A stretch of DNA of 64,000 nt from an uncultured Chloroflexia bacterium (GTDB lineage Bacteria; Chloroflexota; Limnocylindria; QHBO01): positions 72,071 to 136,070 of the forward strand of contig CAWAGB010000003.1 of the NCBI GenBank assembly GCA_963781555.1, read 5' to 3'. Below are positions 56,809 to 64,000 of this stretch, one piece after another; within the stretch, counting starts at the first letter, position 1, and every line of letters starts with the position of its first letter. The notes under the pieces are model-generated. The model saw only the letters and a list, made by a program, of their open reading frames with translations, did not search any database and was not told the origin of the DNA. A program made the translations under genes and the position numbers.

Positions 56809-58118
56809 GCGGCGTTGCGCGGTCGCTCCGCGCGGTGCTCATCGGCACGTTCACGCTCCGCTTCAGCACTGGCCTGACCGGCGGCCTGCTGGTCTACTAC
56901 CTCGCCGACCTGCCGAGCCATGGCGGCGAGGAGGTGAGCGGCTTCATGCTCGGCCTGCTCGGCGCCTCCTACTACGTGGCTGAGCTTGTGCTCTCCCCGT
57001 GGTTCGGAGTCCTCTCCGACCGGCTCGGCGCGCACCGGGTCATGCAGTGGGGTCCCGTCTTCGGGGCGGTGGCGGTAGTGATGACCGCCTATACCACCGA
57101 CTTCCTCCTGCTCGGTTCGACGAGGCTGCTCGAGGGCGCGGCGGCGGGTGCGAGCATTCCCTCCATCCTGGGCTATATCGCCCTGGCAACGAGCCGCGAC
57201 GAACAGTTGCGGGGCAGGACCGTCGCCCGCTTCGAGGCCGCAACGCTGGCCGGCATCGGGGTTGGCATCGTGGCTGCGGGTCCGCTGTACGAGGTCCTCG
57301 GCCGCGGCGCGTTCCTGCTCAACGCCGGCATCTACGCGGTGAGCTATGTCATCTACCGCTGGGGGGTGGGCGAGCTGGGCGCCGCCGAGGGCGAGGACGA
57401 GGCGCTGGCATCGGTCCGCGACGAGCGGTTCGACGTGGCGCGCTACCGCCGCGTGCTGTCGAACCCCGGCGTGTGGCTGCTCGCGCCCACCTGGGTGGCG
57501 CTCAACGCGGTGCTCGGGTCGTGGACGACCCAGTCGGTCTTCCAGCTGGTCCGCGAGCCGTCCGGTGCCTTCGGTGGCCAGCTGCTGATGGGCGGGTTCG
57601 CGCCGATCCAGGTGAGCGCCGGTCTCGCGCTGGCGATGGTCGTCTTCTTCATCGGCCTGTTCTACTGGGGCAACCGCTTCAAACGCTACCGCCGCACCAC
57701 GATCATCGGCATCGGCATTGCCGGGGGCCTGCTGATGATGGGCGCTGTCTTCGCCATCAACCATTCGCAGGGCGCGGGGCTGATCCTGCAGGCGCCGATG
57801 GTGCTGCTCCTCCTCGCCGGCCTGTTCGTGCTGGCCGGCGCGACGCCCGCCGCGCTGGGGCTGCTCGCCGACATCAGCGAGTCGCACCCGACCGATCGCG
57901 GGGCGATCATGGGCCTCTACTCCGTATTCCTGGCGGTCGGCCAGATCGTGGGCGCACTCGTCTCCGGCTGGGCCGCGGACTGGCTGGGGATCGACGGCCT
58001 GCTGGCCGCGTCACTGCTGCTGCTGGTGGTCGCCATCTTGCCGCTCCGCCAGCTCCGTGCATCGGAGCATCTCGTGGGACGCGGTGGGATCGAGGTGGCG
58101 GACCCGGTCGCCGGCTGA
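56805..58118 (+). CDS. MFS transporter
   Basis: 12 TMS. 'GVLSDRLGAHRVM' is MFS motif A-like. ATGA overlap with the preceding gene. Confidence 0.85.
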   Translation: MSGVARSLRAVLIGTFTLRFSTGLTGGLLVYYLADLPSHGGEEVSGFMLGLLGASYYVAELVLSPWFGVLSDRLGAHRVMQWGPVFGAVAVVMTAYTTDFLLLGSTRLLEGAAAGASIPSILGYIALATSRDEQLRGRTVARFEAATLAGIGVGIVAAGPLYEVLGRGAFLLNAGIYAVSYVIYRWGVGELGAAEGEDEALASVRDERFDVARYRRVLSNPGVWLLAPTWVALNAVLGSWTTQSVFQLVREPSGAFGGQLLMGGFAPIQVSAGLALAMVVFFIGLFYWGNRFKRYRRTTIIGIGIAGGLLMMGAVFAINHSQGAGLILQAPMVLLLLAGLFVLAGATPAALGLLADISESHPTDRGAIMGLYSVFLAVGQIVGALVSGWAADWLGIDGLLAASLLLLVVAILPLRQLRASEHLVGRGGIEVADPVAG

Positions 58119-58142
58119 CGTACCCGCTATCCTTTGCCGCCC

Positions 58143-59840
58143 ATGCGTCTCTCCCAGCTCTTCTTCACCAGCCTGCGCGACGACCCGGTCGAGGCCGAGA
58201 TGGCCTCCCATCGGCTCCTCCTGCGCGCCGGCTATGTCCGACAGCTGGGCGCCGGCATCTACTCGCTCCTGCCGCTCGGATTCCGCGTCCACCAGCGCAT
58301 CGAGCAGATCATCCGAGAGGAGATCGACGCCATCGGCGGGCAGGAGATGGAGATGCCGGTCGTGCATCCCGCCGAGCTGTGGCGCGAGTCGGGACGCTAC
58401 GCCAAGATCGGTCCGGAGATGGTCCGCTTCAAGGACCGTGGCGGGCGGGACATGGTGCTCGCCATGACCCACGAAGAGGTGGTCGCCGACCTGACCCGCG
58501 ACCTCATCAACAGTTATCGCCAGCTGCCGGCCATCGTGTATCACTTCCAGACGAAGTTCCGCGACGAGCCGCGTGCCCGCGGCGGGCTCATCCGCGTCCG
58601 GGAGTTCGTCATGAAGGACAGCTACTCGATCGACGCCGACCAGGCCGGGCTCGACCGCTCCTACGAGCTCCACCACGGAGCGTACGAGCGGATCTTCGCG
58701 CGCCTGGGCCTGAATGCGATCCCGGTCGGCGCCGACGTGGGGATCATGGGCGGCAGCCTGGCCCACGAGTTCATGGTCATCAACGAGCACGGCGAGGACA
58801 CCCTCGTGCTGTGCGATGCCTGCGGCTATGCAGCCAACCAGCAGATCGCGCGGACCGCCGTCACCGAGCCGGAGGCGGAGGAGCCGCTTCCCATGGAGCC
58901 GGTCGAGACGCCCGGAACCGACACCATCGCATCGCTCGCCGAGCTGCTGGGCGTCGGGCGGGAGCGGACTGCCAAGGCCGCCTTCTTCGTCGCCGGCGAC
59001 GGGCGCCTGGTCACGGCCATCGTGCGCGGGGACTATGACGTCAACGAGACGAAGCTGGTCAACGCGGTGAAGGCCACCGGCGGCATGCGTCCCGCCACCG
59101 CGGAGGAGATCCGCGCCGCCGGCATGGAGCCCGGCTACGGCTCACCGATCGGCGCCCACGACACGGTCGTCGTGGTCGACGAGCTGGCGGCCCGCAGCCC
59201 CAACCTGGTGGCAGGCGCGAACCTGCCGAACGTGCACCTGCGCAACGTCAACGTCGGCCGCGACTTCACCCCCGACGTGGAGGCCGATATCAGCAACGCC
59301 CGCGCCGGCGATGCCTGCCCCAACTGCGGCGAGGCGGTCCGGCTGGCCAACGGTATCGAGGTCGGCAACATCTTCAAGCTGGGCGACGACTTCACCCGCG
59401 GGCTCAACGCGACCTACCTCGCCGAGGACGGCAGCCGTCGCAACCCGATCATGGGCAGCTACGGCATCGGACTGGGCCGTGCGCTGGCATGCATCGTCGA
59501 GGAGCACCACGACGATAAGGGGATCGCCTGGCCCATCGAGGTGGCGCCGTACCGCGCGCACCTGGTGGCCATCGGTGCGCACCGGGACGAGGCGGTGCGC
59601 GATGCCGCCGAGGGGCTCTACCGGCGCCTGACCGATGCCGGCGTGGACGTGCTGTACGACGATCGCGACGAGTCGCCGGGCGTCAAGTTCACCGATGCCG
59701 AGCTGCTCGGGATGCCGACCATCGTCACCATCAGCCCGCGCTCGCTCACCGGTGGCGGGGCCGAGGTGACCGATCGGGCGACGGGCGAACGGAATGTTCG
59801 CCCCATCGCCGAGGTGGAGGCGCTCCTGGCCGCTTCCTAG
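58143..59840 (+). CDS. proS: proline--tRNA ligase (bacterial type with editing insertion)
   Basis: 'MRLSQLFFTSLRDDP', motif 2 'FRDEPRARGGLIRVREFVMKD', and motif 3 'GSYGIGLGR'. Confidence 0.95.
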   Translation: MRLSQLFFTSLRDDPVEAEMASHRLLLRAGYVRQLGAGIYSLLPLGFRVHQRIEQIIREEIDAIGGQEMEMPVVHPAELWRESGRYAKIGPEMVRFKDRGGRDMVLAMTHEEVVADLTRDLINSYRQLPAIVYHFQTKFRDEPRARGGLIRVREFVMKDSYSIDADQAGLDRSYELHHGAYERIFARLGLNAIPVGADVGIMGGSLAHEFMVINEHGEDTLVLCDACGYAANQQIARTAVTEPEAEEPLPMEPVETPGTDTIASLAELLGVGRERTAKAAFFVAGDGRLVTAIVRGDYDVNETKLVNAVKATGGMRPATAEEIRAAGMEPGYGSPIGAHDTVVVVDELAARSPNLVAGANLPNVHLRNVNVGRDFTPDVEADISNARAGDACPNCGEAVRLANGIEVGNIFKLGDDFTRGLNATYLAEDGSRRNPIMGSYGIGLGRALACIVEEHHDDKGIAWPIEVAPYRAHLVAIGAHRDEAVRDAAEGLYRRLTDAGVDVLYDDRDESPGVKFTDAELLGMPTIVTISPRSLTGGGAEVTDRATGERNVRPIAEVEALLAAS

Positions 59841-60301
59841 CTGACGGTGAAGTGGATGTGCATCCCCGAGTCGTAGTGGCCGGTGACGTTGCAGATGGCA
59901 ACGTAATCGCCCGGTTCGAGGGTCGCGGTGAACGATTTGGTCCCGCCCACCTCGACGTCCTCGACCTCGCCCATCGAGACCAGCTCGCCGGCGTTCTCGT
60001 CCACTGCTGCCTCGGCGCTCGCCTCGGGGAGGGCGTCCTCGTCGAGCTCGGTCTTGAAGACCACGAACTCGTGAACGATCGTGCCGTCGTTGGTGACGTC
60101 GAAGGTCACGTCGCCGGCGGGGACGTTTGTGCTGCTCAGCTCCACTTTGAACTCGGTGAGCGTCACATCGATCGTCGTGCCGGAAGCTGACCCGCTGGGC
60201 GTCGAGGTAGTGGTGCCGGTGCCGGAGCACGCTGCGAGTGCGGCCGCAAGCGCCGCCACCCCCAGCATCCGAACGGCCGACACGTGAAACGGAACGCGCA
60301 T
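59837..60301 (-). CDS. cupredoxin (plastocyanin/azurin-like) lipoprotein
   Basis: Lipobox 'LAAC'. Candidate type-1 Cu ligands are 'HEF' and 'CNVTGHYDSGMH'. GGAGGAGACC precedes the ATG. Confidence 0.75.
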   Translation of the reverse strand: MRVPFHVSAVRMLGVAALAAALAACSGTGTTTSTPSGSASGTTIDVTLTEFKVELSSTNVPAGDVTFDVTNDGTIVHEFVVFKTELDEDALPEASAEAAVDENAGELVSMGEVEDVEVGGTKSFTATLEPGDYVAICNVTGHYDSGMHIHFTVS

Positions 60302-60380
60302 GGTCTCCTCCTGCGATTCACCGTCGGCGCGCAGCCGCGTCTGGCCGACTCCGTCCAGTATGAACCTCCCGTCGGTGGCG

Positions 60381-60782
60381 ATGCCTATAGTTGGCGCCGT
60401 GCCACGCGACCCCAACATTCCCGACTGGTTCGACGTCTACACCCTCGTCCTGCTGCGGCGCCGGGCTGACGCCCCCGCCATGGCCGACGAGGAGCTCGAC
60501 GCCCTCCAGGCGCGCCACCTTGCCTACCGGGCTGGTCTCGCGCGCCAGGGAATCCTCGTGGTCAACGGCCCGCTGGCCGAGCAGACGGACCCATCGCTGC
60601 GCGGCCTCTCCATCTTCGCCACGCACCCCGAGGAAGCGGCGCGGCTCTCGGACGGCGACCCGTCGGTGATCGCCGGGCGCCTCGCGTACGAGGTCATGGA
60701 GTGGTGGGTGCGCTCCGGGAGCATTGCCTTTCCGGAGGCCGCCGGGCCGGTGGGCGACCGCCGCGCCATGCCGGACGACTGA
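60381..60782 (+). CDS. YciI-like/DABB-fold protein; start uncertain (60360, 60381 or 60399)
   Basis: 'VYTLVLLRRR...DELDALQARHLAYRAGLARQGILVVNGPL...GLSIF' resembles the YciI family. Confidence 0.55.
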   Translation: MPIVGAVPRDPNIPDWFDVYTLVLLRRRADAPAMADEELDALQARHLAYRAGLARQGILVVNGPLAEQTDPSLRGLSIFATHPEEAARLSDGDPSVIAGRLAYEVMEWWVRSGSIAFPEAAGPVGDRRAMPDD

Positions 60783-60791
60783 CGGCGCGAG

Positions 60792-61670
60792 CTAGCGAAG
60801 CGGCTCGAGGATCTCCCTGGCGACGCGCTCGAGGCGAGCCGTGTCGTTCACCCCGCGCACGCTGAAGATGATCTTCTGCGCACCCGCCTCGGCCAGCGCC
60901 GCGAAGCGCTCGACCGTGCGCGCCGGCTCCTCGGCGTCCAGGTCGATGCGCGCCATGACGCTGCGCTGGATCTCGTCGTAGGGCCTGCCCAGCGCGTCGC
61001 AGTGCTCGCGCAGGACGGCGTACTTGTGGGCGATCTGCTCCGGCCCGCCGAACACGTTGGTCGCGTCCGCGTACTGCGCCACGAGGCGCAGCGTCTTCCG
61101 CTCCCCGCCGCCGCCGATCATGATCGGGACCCGTGGGCGGCTGAGCGCCTGGGGGGCGTTGAGCAGCCGCGTCGCGGTCACCGTGCGGCCCTCGAACCGC
61201 TCCCCGCTGCCACGTTCCCCTGACCACATGGCGTGGGCCATCTGGAGCGTCTCCTCCAGCATCCGGAAGCGGGTGCCGAGGCTCGGCATGGGGAAGCCCA
61301 GGCCGGTCGACTCCTCCTCGTTCCACGCCGCGCCGATCCCGAACCAGGCACGACCGCCGGACAGCACGTCGAGGGTGGTGGCGGCCTTGATCCACAGCGC
61401 CGGCTGCCGGTAGTGGATGCCGCCGACCATCAGCCCGAGCCGCGCGCGCTGGGTGAGCGCCGCGGCGTAGGCGAGGGCGGAGAAGCCCTCCAGCATCGGC
61501 TCGTCCGCGCTGCCGACGCTGCGGATCTGGAAGAAGTGGTCCATCACCCAGATGGAGTCGAACCCGACCTCGTCCGCGGTCCGCACGACCCGACCAAAGG
61601 TCGGACCGATCTCGGCTACCCCGCCCGGCCAGGTGAAGGAGCTGATCTGAAGTCCGAAACGCAGGCTCAT
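60792..61670 (-). CDS. LLM-class F420-dependent oxidoreductase
   Basis: 'MSLRFGLQIS...FDSIWVMDHFFQ...GGRAWFGIGAAWNEEESTGLGFP...LGTRFRMLEETLQ'. Confidence 0.85.
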   Translation of the reverse strand: MSLRFGLQISSFTWPGGVAEIGPTFGRVVRTADEVGFDSIWVMDHFFQIRSVGSADEPMLEGFSALAYAAALTQRARLGLMVGGIHYRQPALWIKAATTLDVLSGGRAWFGIGAAWNEEESTGLGFPMPSLGTRFRMLEETLQMAHAMWSGERGSGERFEGRTVTATRLLNAPQALSRPRVPIMIGGGGERKTLRLVAQYADATNVFGGPEQIAHKYAVLREHCDALGRPYDEIQRSVMARIDLDAEEPARTVERFAALAEAGAQKIIFSVRGVNDTARLERVAREILEPLR

Positions 61671-61732
61671 GGAGCCCATGATGGACCGATGCCGGGGCGC
61701 CCGCTGGCGGGCGCCCCGATGCACCGATCGGC

Positions 61733-63052
61733 CTAGTCGACCAGGTCGCCCGCAAGGTAGGCGTCGTACGCGGCCATGTCGAACAGGCCGTGGCCGGAGA
61801 GGTTGAAGAGGATGACCCGCTCCTCCCCGGCCTCGCGCGCCTCCAGCGCCTCGTCGATCGCCGCCCGGATGGCATGCGACGACTCGGGCGCCGGGACGAT
61901 CCCCTCCGTCCGGGCGAACTGGAGCGCGGCGTCGAAGCACGTGGTCTGGGCGTACGCCTTCGCCTCCAGGAAGCCGAGGTCGTAGAGGTGCGAGACCATC
62001 GGCGCCATGCCGTGGTAGCGCAGCCCGCCGGCGTGGATCGGCGCCGGGCGGAAGTCGTTGCCCAGGGTGTGCATCTTGAGCAACGGCGTGGTGCCCGCGG
62101 TGTCGCCGAAGTCGTAGCGGTACTCGCCCTGGGTGAGGCTGGGGCACGAGGCGGGCTCGACCGCCACGAAGCGGGTGCTGCTGGCACCGCGCAGCCGGTC
62201 CCGCAGGAACGGGAACGCAATGCCGGCGAAGTTCGAGCCGCCGCCGGCGCAGCCGATGACCACGTCCGGCGCCTCGCCGGCCATCTCCATCTGGCCCATC
62301 GCCTCCTGGCCGATGATCGTCTGGTGGAGGAGGACGTGGTTGAGGACGCTCCCCAGCGAGTACTTGACGTCCTCGTGCGTGGCGGCGACCTCGACCGCCT
62401 CGCTGATCGCGATCCCCAGGCTGCCGGTCGAGTCCGGCTCGGCGGCGAGGATGGCGCGGCCGGCGTTCGTGCGGTCCGAAGGTGACGCGACGACGTCCGC
62501 TCCGAAGCTCTGGATGAAGCTGCGCCGGTACGGCTTCTGGTCGTAGCTGACCCGCACCATGAACACCTCGACGTCGAGGCCGAACATCGCGCCGGCAATG
62601 GCGAGCGCGCTCCCCCACTGGCCGGCGCCGGTCTCGGTGGCGAGCTTCGTGATGCCTTCCTCGCGGTTGTAGAAGGCCTGCGGGATGGCGGTGTTGAGCT
62701 TGTGGCTGCCTGCCGGCGAGACCGACTCGTTCTTGAAGTAGATGTGGGCCGGCGTGTCGAGCGCCCGCTCGAGGCCGATTGCGCGCTGCAGCGGGGTGGG
62801 CCGGTAGCTGCGGTACGCCTCGCGCACCTCTTCCGGGATCTCGATCATCGAATCCGCGCTCACCTCCTGGCGGATGAGCGCCATCGGGAAGAGCGGGGCG
62901 AGCATCTCGGGTCCGATCGGCTCGCGGGTCCCCGGGTGTAGGGGCGGCGGCTGTGGAACCGGCAGGTCCGCCGCGATGTTGAGGTAATGCGTCGGCAGTC
63001 GGTCCTCTGGCAGGACGAAGCGGCGCCGCGTGCGGGAGATGGTGACCGTCAT
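61733..63052 (-). CDS. trpB: TrpB2-type tryptophan synthase beta-like PLP enzyme
   Basis: '[19 protein letters not shown]' (PLP-Lys), '[11 protein letters not shown]', and the long N-terminal extension typical of the TrpB2 clade. ATG at 63052. Confidence 0.9.
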   Translation of the reverse strand: MTVTISRTRRRFVLPEDRLPTHYLNIAADLPVPQPPPLHPGTREPIGPEMLAPLFPMALIRQEVSADSMIEIPEEVREAYRSYRPTPLQRAIGLERALDTPAHIYFKNESVSPAGSHKLNTAIPQAFYNREEGITKLATETGAGQWGSALAIAGAMFGLDVEVFMVRVSYDQKPYRRSFIQSFGADVVASPSDRTNAGRAILAAEPDSTGSLGIAISEAVEVAATHEDVKYSLGSVLNHVLLHQTIIGQEAMGQMEMAGEAPDVVIGCAGGGSNFAGIAFPFLRDRLRGASSTRFVAVEPASCPSLTQGEYRYDFGDTAGTTPLLKMHTLGNDFRPAPIHAGGLRYHGMAPMVSHLYDLGFLEAKAYAQTTCFDAALQFARTEGIVPAPESSHAIRAAIDEALEAREAGEERVILFNLSGHGLFDMAAYDAYLAGDLVD

Positions 63053-63396
63053 GGCTGTCTGAAGCCTCCGTGAGAACAACACGACCCCGTCGCCGCAACG
63101 GGCGAGGGGGTCATCTCACGGTGCCACCGTTGTTCCCGGGGTGTTCTCGTCCCCGGCTCATTCGACCACGGACCGATGCATGGGCTGCGCCCGCGCCTCG
63201 CTCGATGGCCTCGGCCTCGATATCGGTGCCTCTCCGCCGGCGGCTAGTTGCGTCTCGCTGGTCGCGTTGCGCGTTCGCTGCCGGAGCTCTCGGGGCCATT
63301 CGCCGCTCGCGCCGCCGCCGGGGTCTCAGTGTTCCCGGCTCCCTGTGGGCTCGCCTGAGCGGGTACTCGTCCCGATCATCGCCGTATGTCGTTGTG
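63053..63396 (-). promoter_or_regulatory. T-box riboswitch leader, Trp (UGG) specifier, SD-sequestrator (translational) type
   Basis: All elements read on the minus strand. Stem I base with GA/K-turn 'GGCGAUGAUCGGGACGAGUA'. Specifier loop 3' side 'GAA-UGG-C' (UGG at 63296-63298), closed by UCGGG/CCCGA and CCGCUC/GAGCGG. Stem III CCGGGG...CCCCGG. T-box sequence 'AACAACGGUGGCACCGUGAG' (UGGC at 63123-63126). Alternative helices are GAACAAC/GUUGUUC versus CCGUGAGA/UCUCACGG; the latter abuts the GGAGG SD at 63065-63069. Confidence 0.75.
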
Positions 63397-63403
63397 ATGC
63401 GGG

Positions 63404-63433
63404 ACGGTACGCGCTGGGTCGGCGGCTCGTCAA
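63404..63433 (-). promoter_or_regulatory. candidate promoter for the T-box/trpB2 transcript
   Basis: Minus strand: TTGACG (63428-63433), an 18-nt spacer, then TACCGT (63404-63409, TANNNT type). Confidence 0.4.
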
Positions 63434-63478
63434 GCGGCATCCGGACTGTTGGCACGGGCCGTGCGCTCACGGGCCGGC

Positions 63479-63955
63479 ATGAGCGATACCCGCCGCGCGA
63501 CCCGCCGCGCTCCCGCCGATCTCGAGGCGCTGGCGTGGCTCATGGACAACAGCATCCCCATCCCCGGCACCGGGCGCCGCGTCGGGCTGGACGCCATCAT
63601 CGGCCTCGTGCCCGGCATCGGCGACCTGCTCAGCAGCGGGGCGTCCCTGTTCCTCGTTCTCCGCGCCGCGGGCTACGGCGTCCCGCGCATCACGGTGGTG
63701 CGGATGCTCATCAACATGGGGCTGGACCTGGTGATCGGCGCCATCCCGGTCTTGGGCGACGCCTTCGACCTGTGGTTCAAAGCCAACGAGCGCAACGTCG
63801 CACTCTTCCGTCGGCACGCGCTCGAGCCCGGCATGAGCACCCGCGGGGACCTGAGCTTCGTGGTGACCGTGCTGGTCATCGGCGCGCTGGTGATCGTCGG
63901 CGGGATCGCGCTCTCGATCTGGCTGCTGGCCCAGCTGTTGGGCGCCTTCGGCTGA
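63479..63955 (+). CDS. DUF4112 family membrane protein
   Basis: 'LMDNSIPIPGTGRRVGLDAIIGLVPGIGDLLS...GAIPVLGDAFDLWFKAN' is the DUF4112 signature. Confidence 0.8.
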   Translation: MSDTRRATRRAPADLEALAWLMDNSIPIPGTGRRVGLDAIIGLVPGIGDLLSSGASLFLVLRAAGYGVPRITVVRMLINMGLDLVIGAIPVLGDAFDLWFKANERNVALFRRHALEPGMSTRGDLSFVVTVLVIGALVIVGGIALSIWLLAQLLGAFG

Positions 63956-64000
63956 AGCGGGGCTGGCACGGCGCGTGCCACGCGGGCATTGGTCAACATC

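Noticed and set aside
59837-59840. Convergent proS and cupredoxin genes share overlapping stop codons in the palindrome CTAG.
   Set aside because: This is a curiosity of a compact genome. I see no associated structure or signal.

Overview
Very GC-rich window (roughly 70% by eye) that is almost fully coding. I call about 70 protein genes, mostly in tightly packed or overlapping operons. The gene content (LLM/F420-type oxidoreductases, a GT87 glycosyltransferase, AMIN-like and other lipoproteins, an ECF sigma paired with YCII, a translationally acting T-box) suggests an Actinomycetota- or Chloroflexota-like genome, possibly a metagenome-assembled genome; this taxonomic guess is inference only. 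I found no rRNA, tRNA, CRISPR array, transposase or integrase. The many long Arg/Pro-rich ORFs in the six-frame track are off-frame or antisense artefacts of the GC content. Main blocks, in order: (1) an aminotransferase tail, a receiver-only response regulator, and an LLM / flavin reductase / BFD-[2Fe-2S] operon. (2) An uncharacterised three-gene NTPase operon: PilT/VirB11-like P-loop protein, ChlI-like AAA+, 676-aa vWA protein. (3) A 12-kb co-directional cluster at 12.6-25.0 kb: two giant double-FtsX permeases, two ABC ATPases, and a 1133-aa secreted BNR/CARDB/CBM-like protein bracketed by two paralogous lipoproteins. (4) A long minus-strand beta-oxidation-like operon. (5) A second acyl-CoA operon and a korD-A-B-X-G plus adenosine deaminase operon. 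These carry a striking local cluster of reading-frame breaks at 33.7-39.2 kb, an unusual tandem-repeat ORF or extension between korB and korG, and an AT-rich double palindrome between korA and korB. (6) A Xre/RES toxin-antitoxin pair, YCII plus ECF sigma, citrate synthase, cell-envelope genes, an S9 peptidase, ArsR-thioredoxin, a tail-anchored M1-like gluzincin coupled to an MFS transporter, and proS. (7) A well-supported tryptophan (UGG) T-box leader with a Shine-Dalgarno sequestrator architecture upstream of trpB2. All functional calls rest on motifs read from the translations and on recalled family knowledge. No database search was run.
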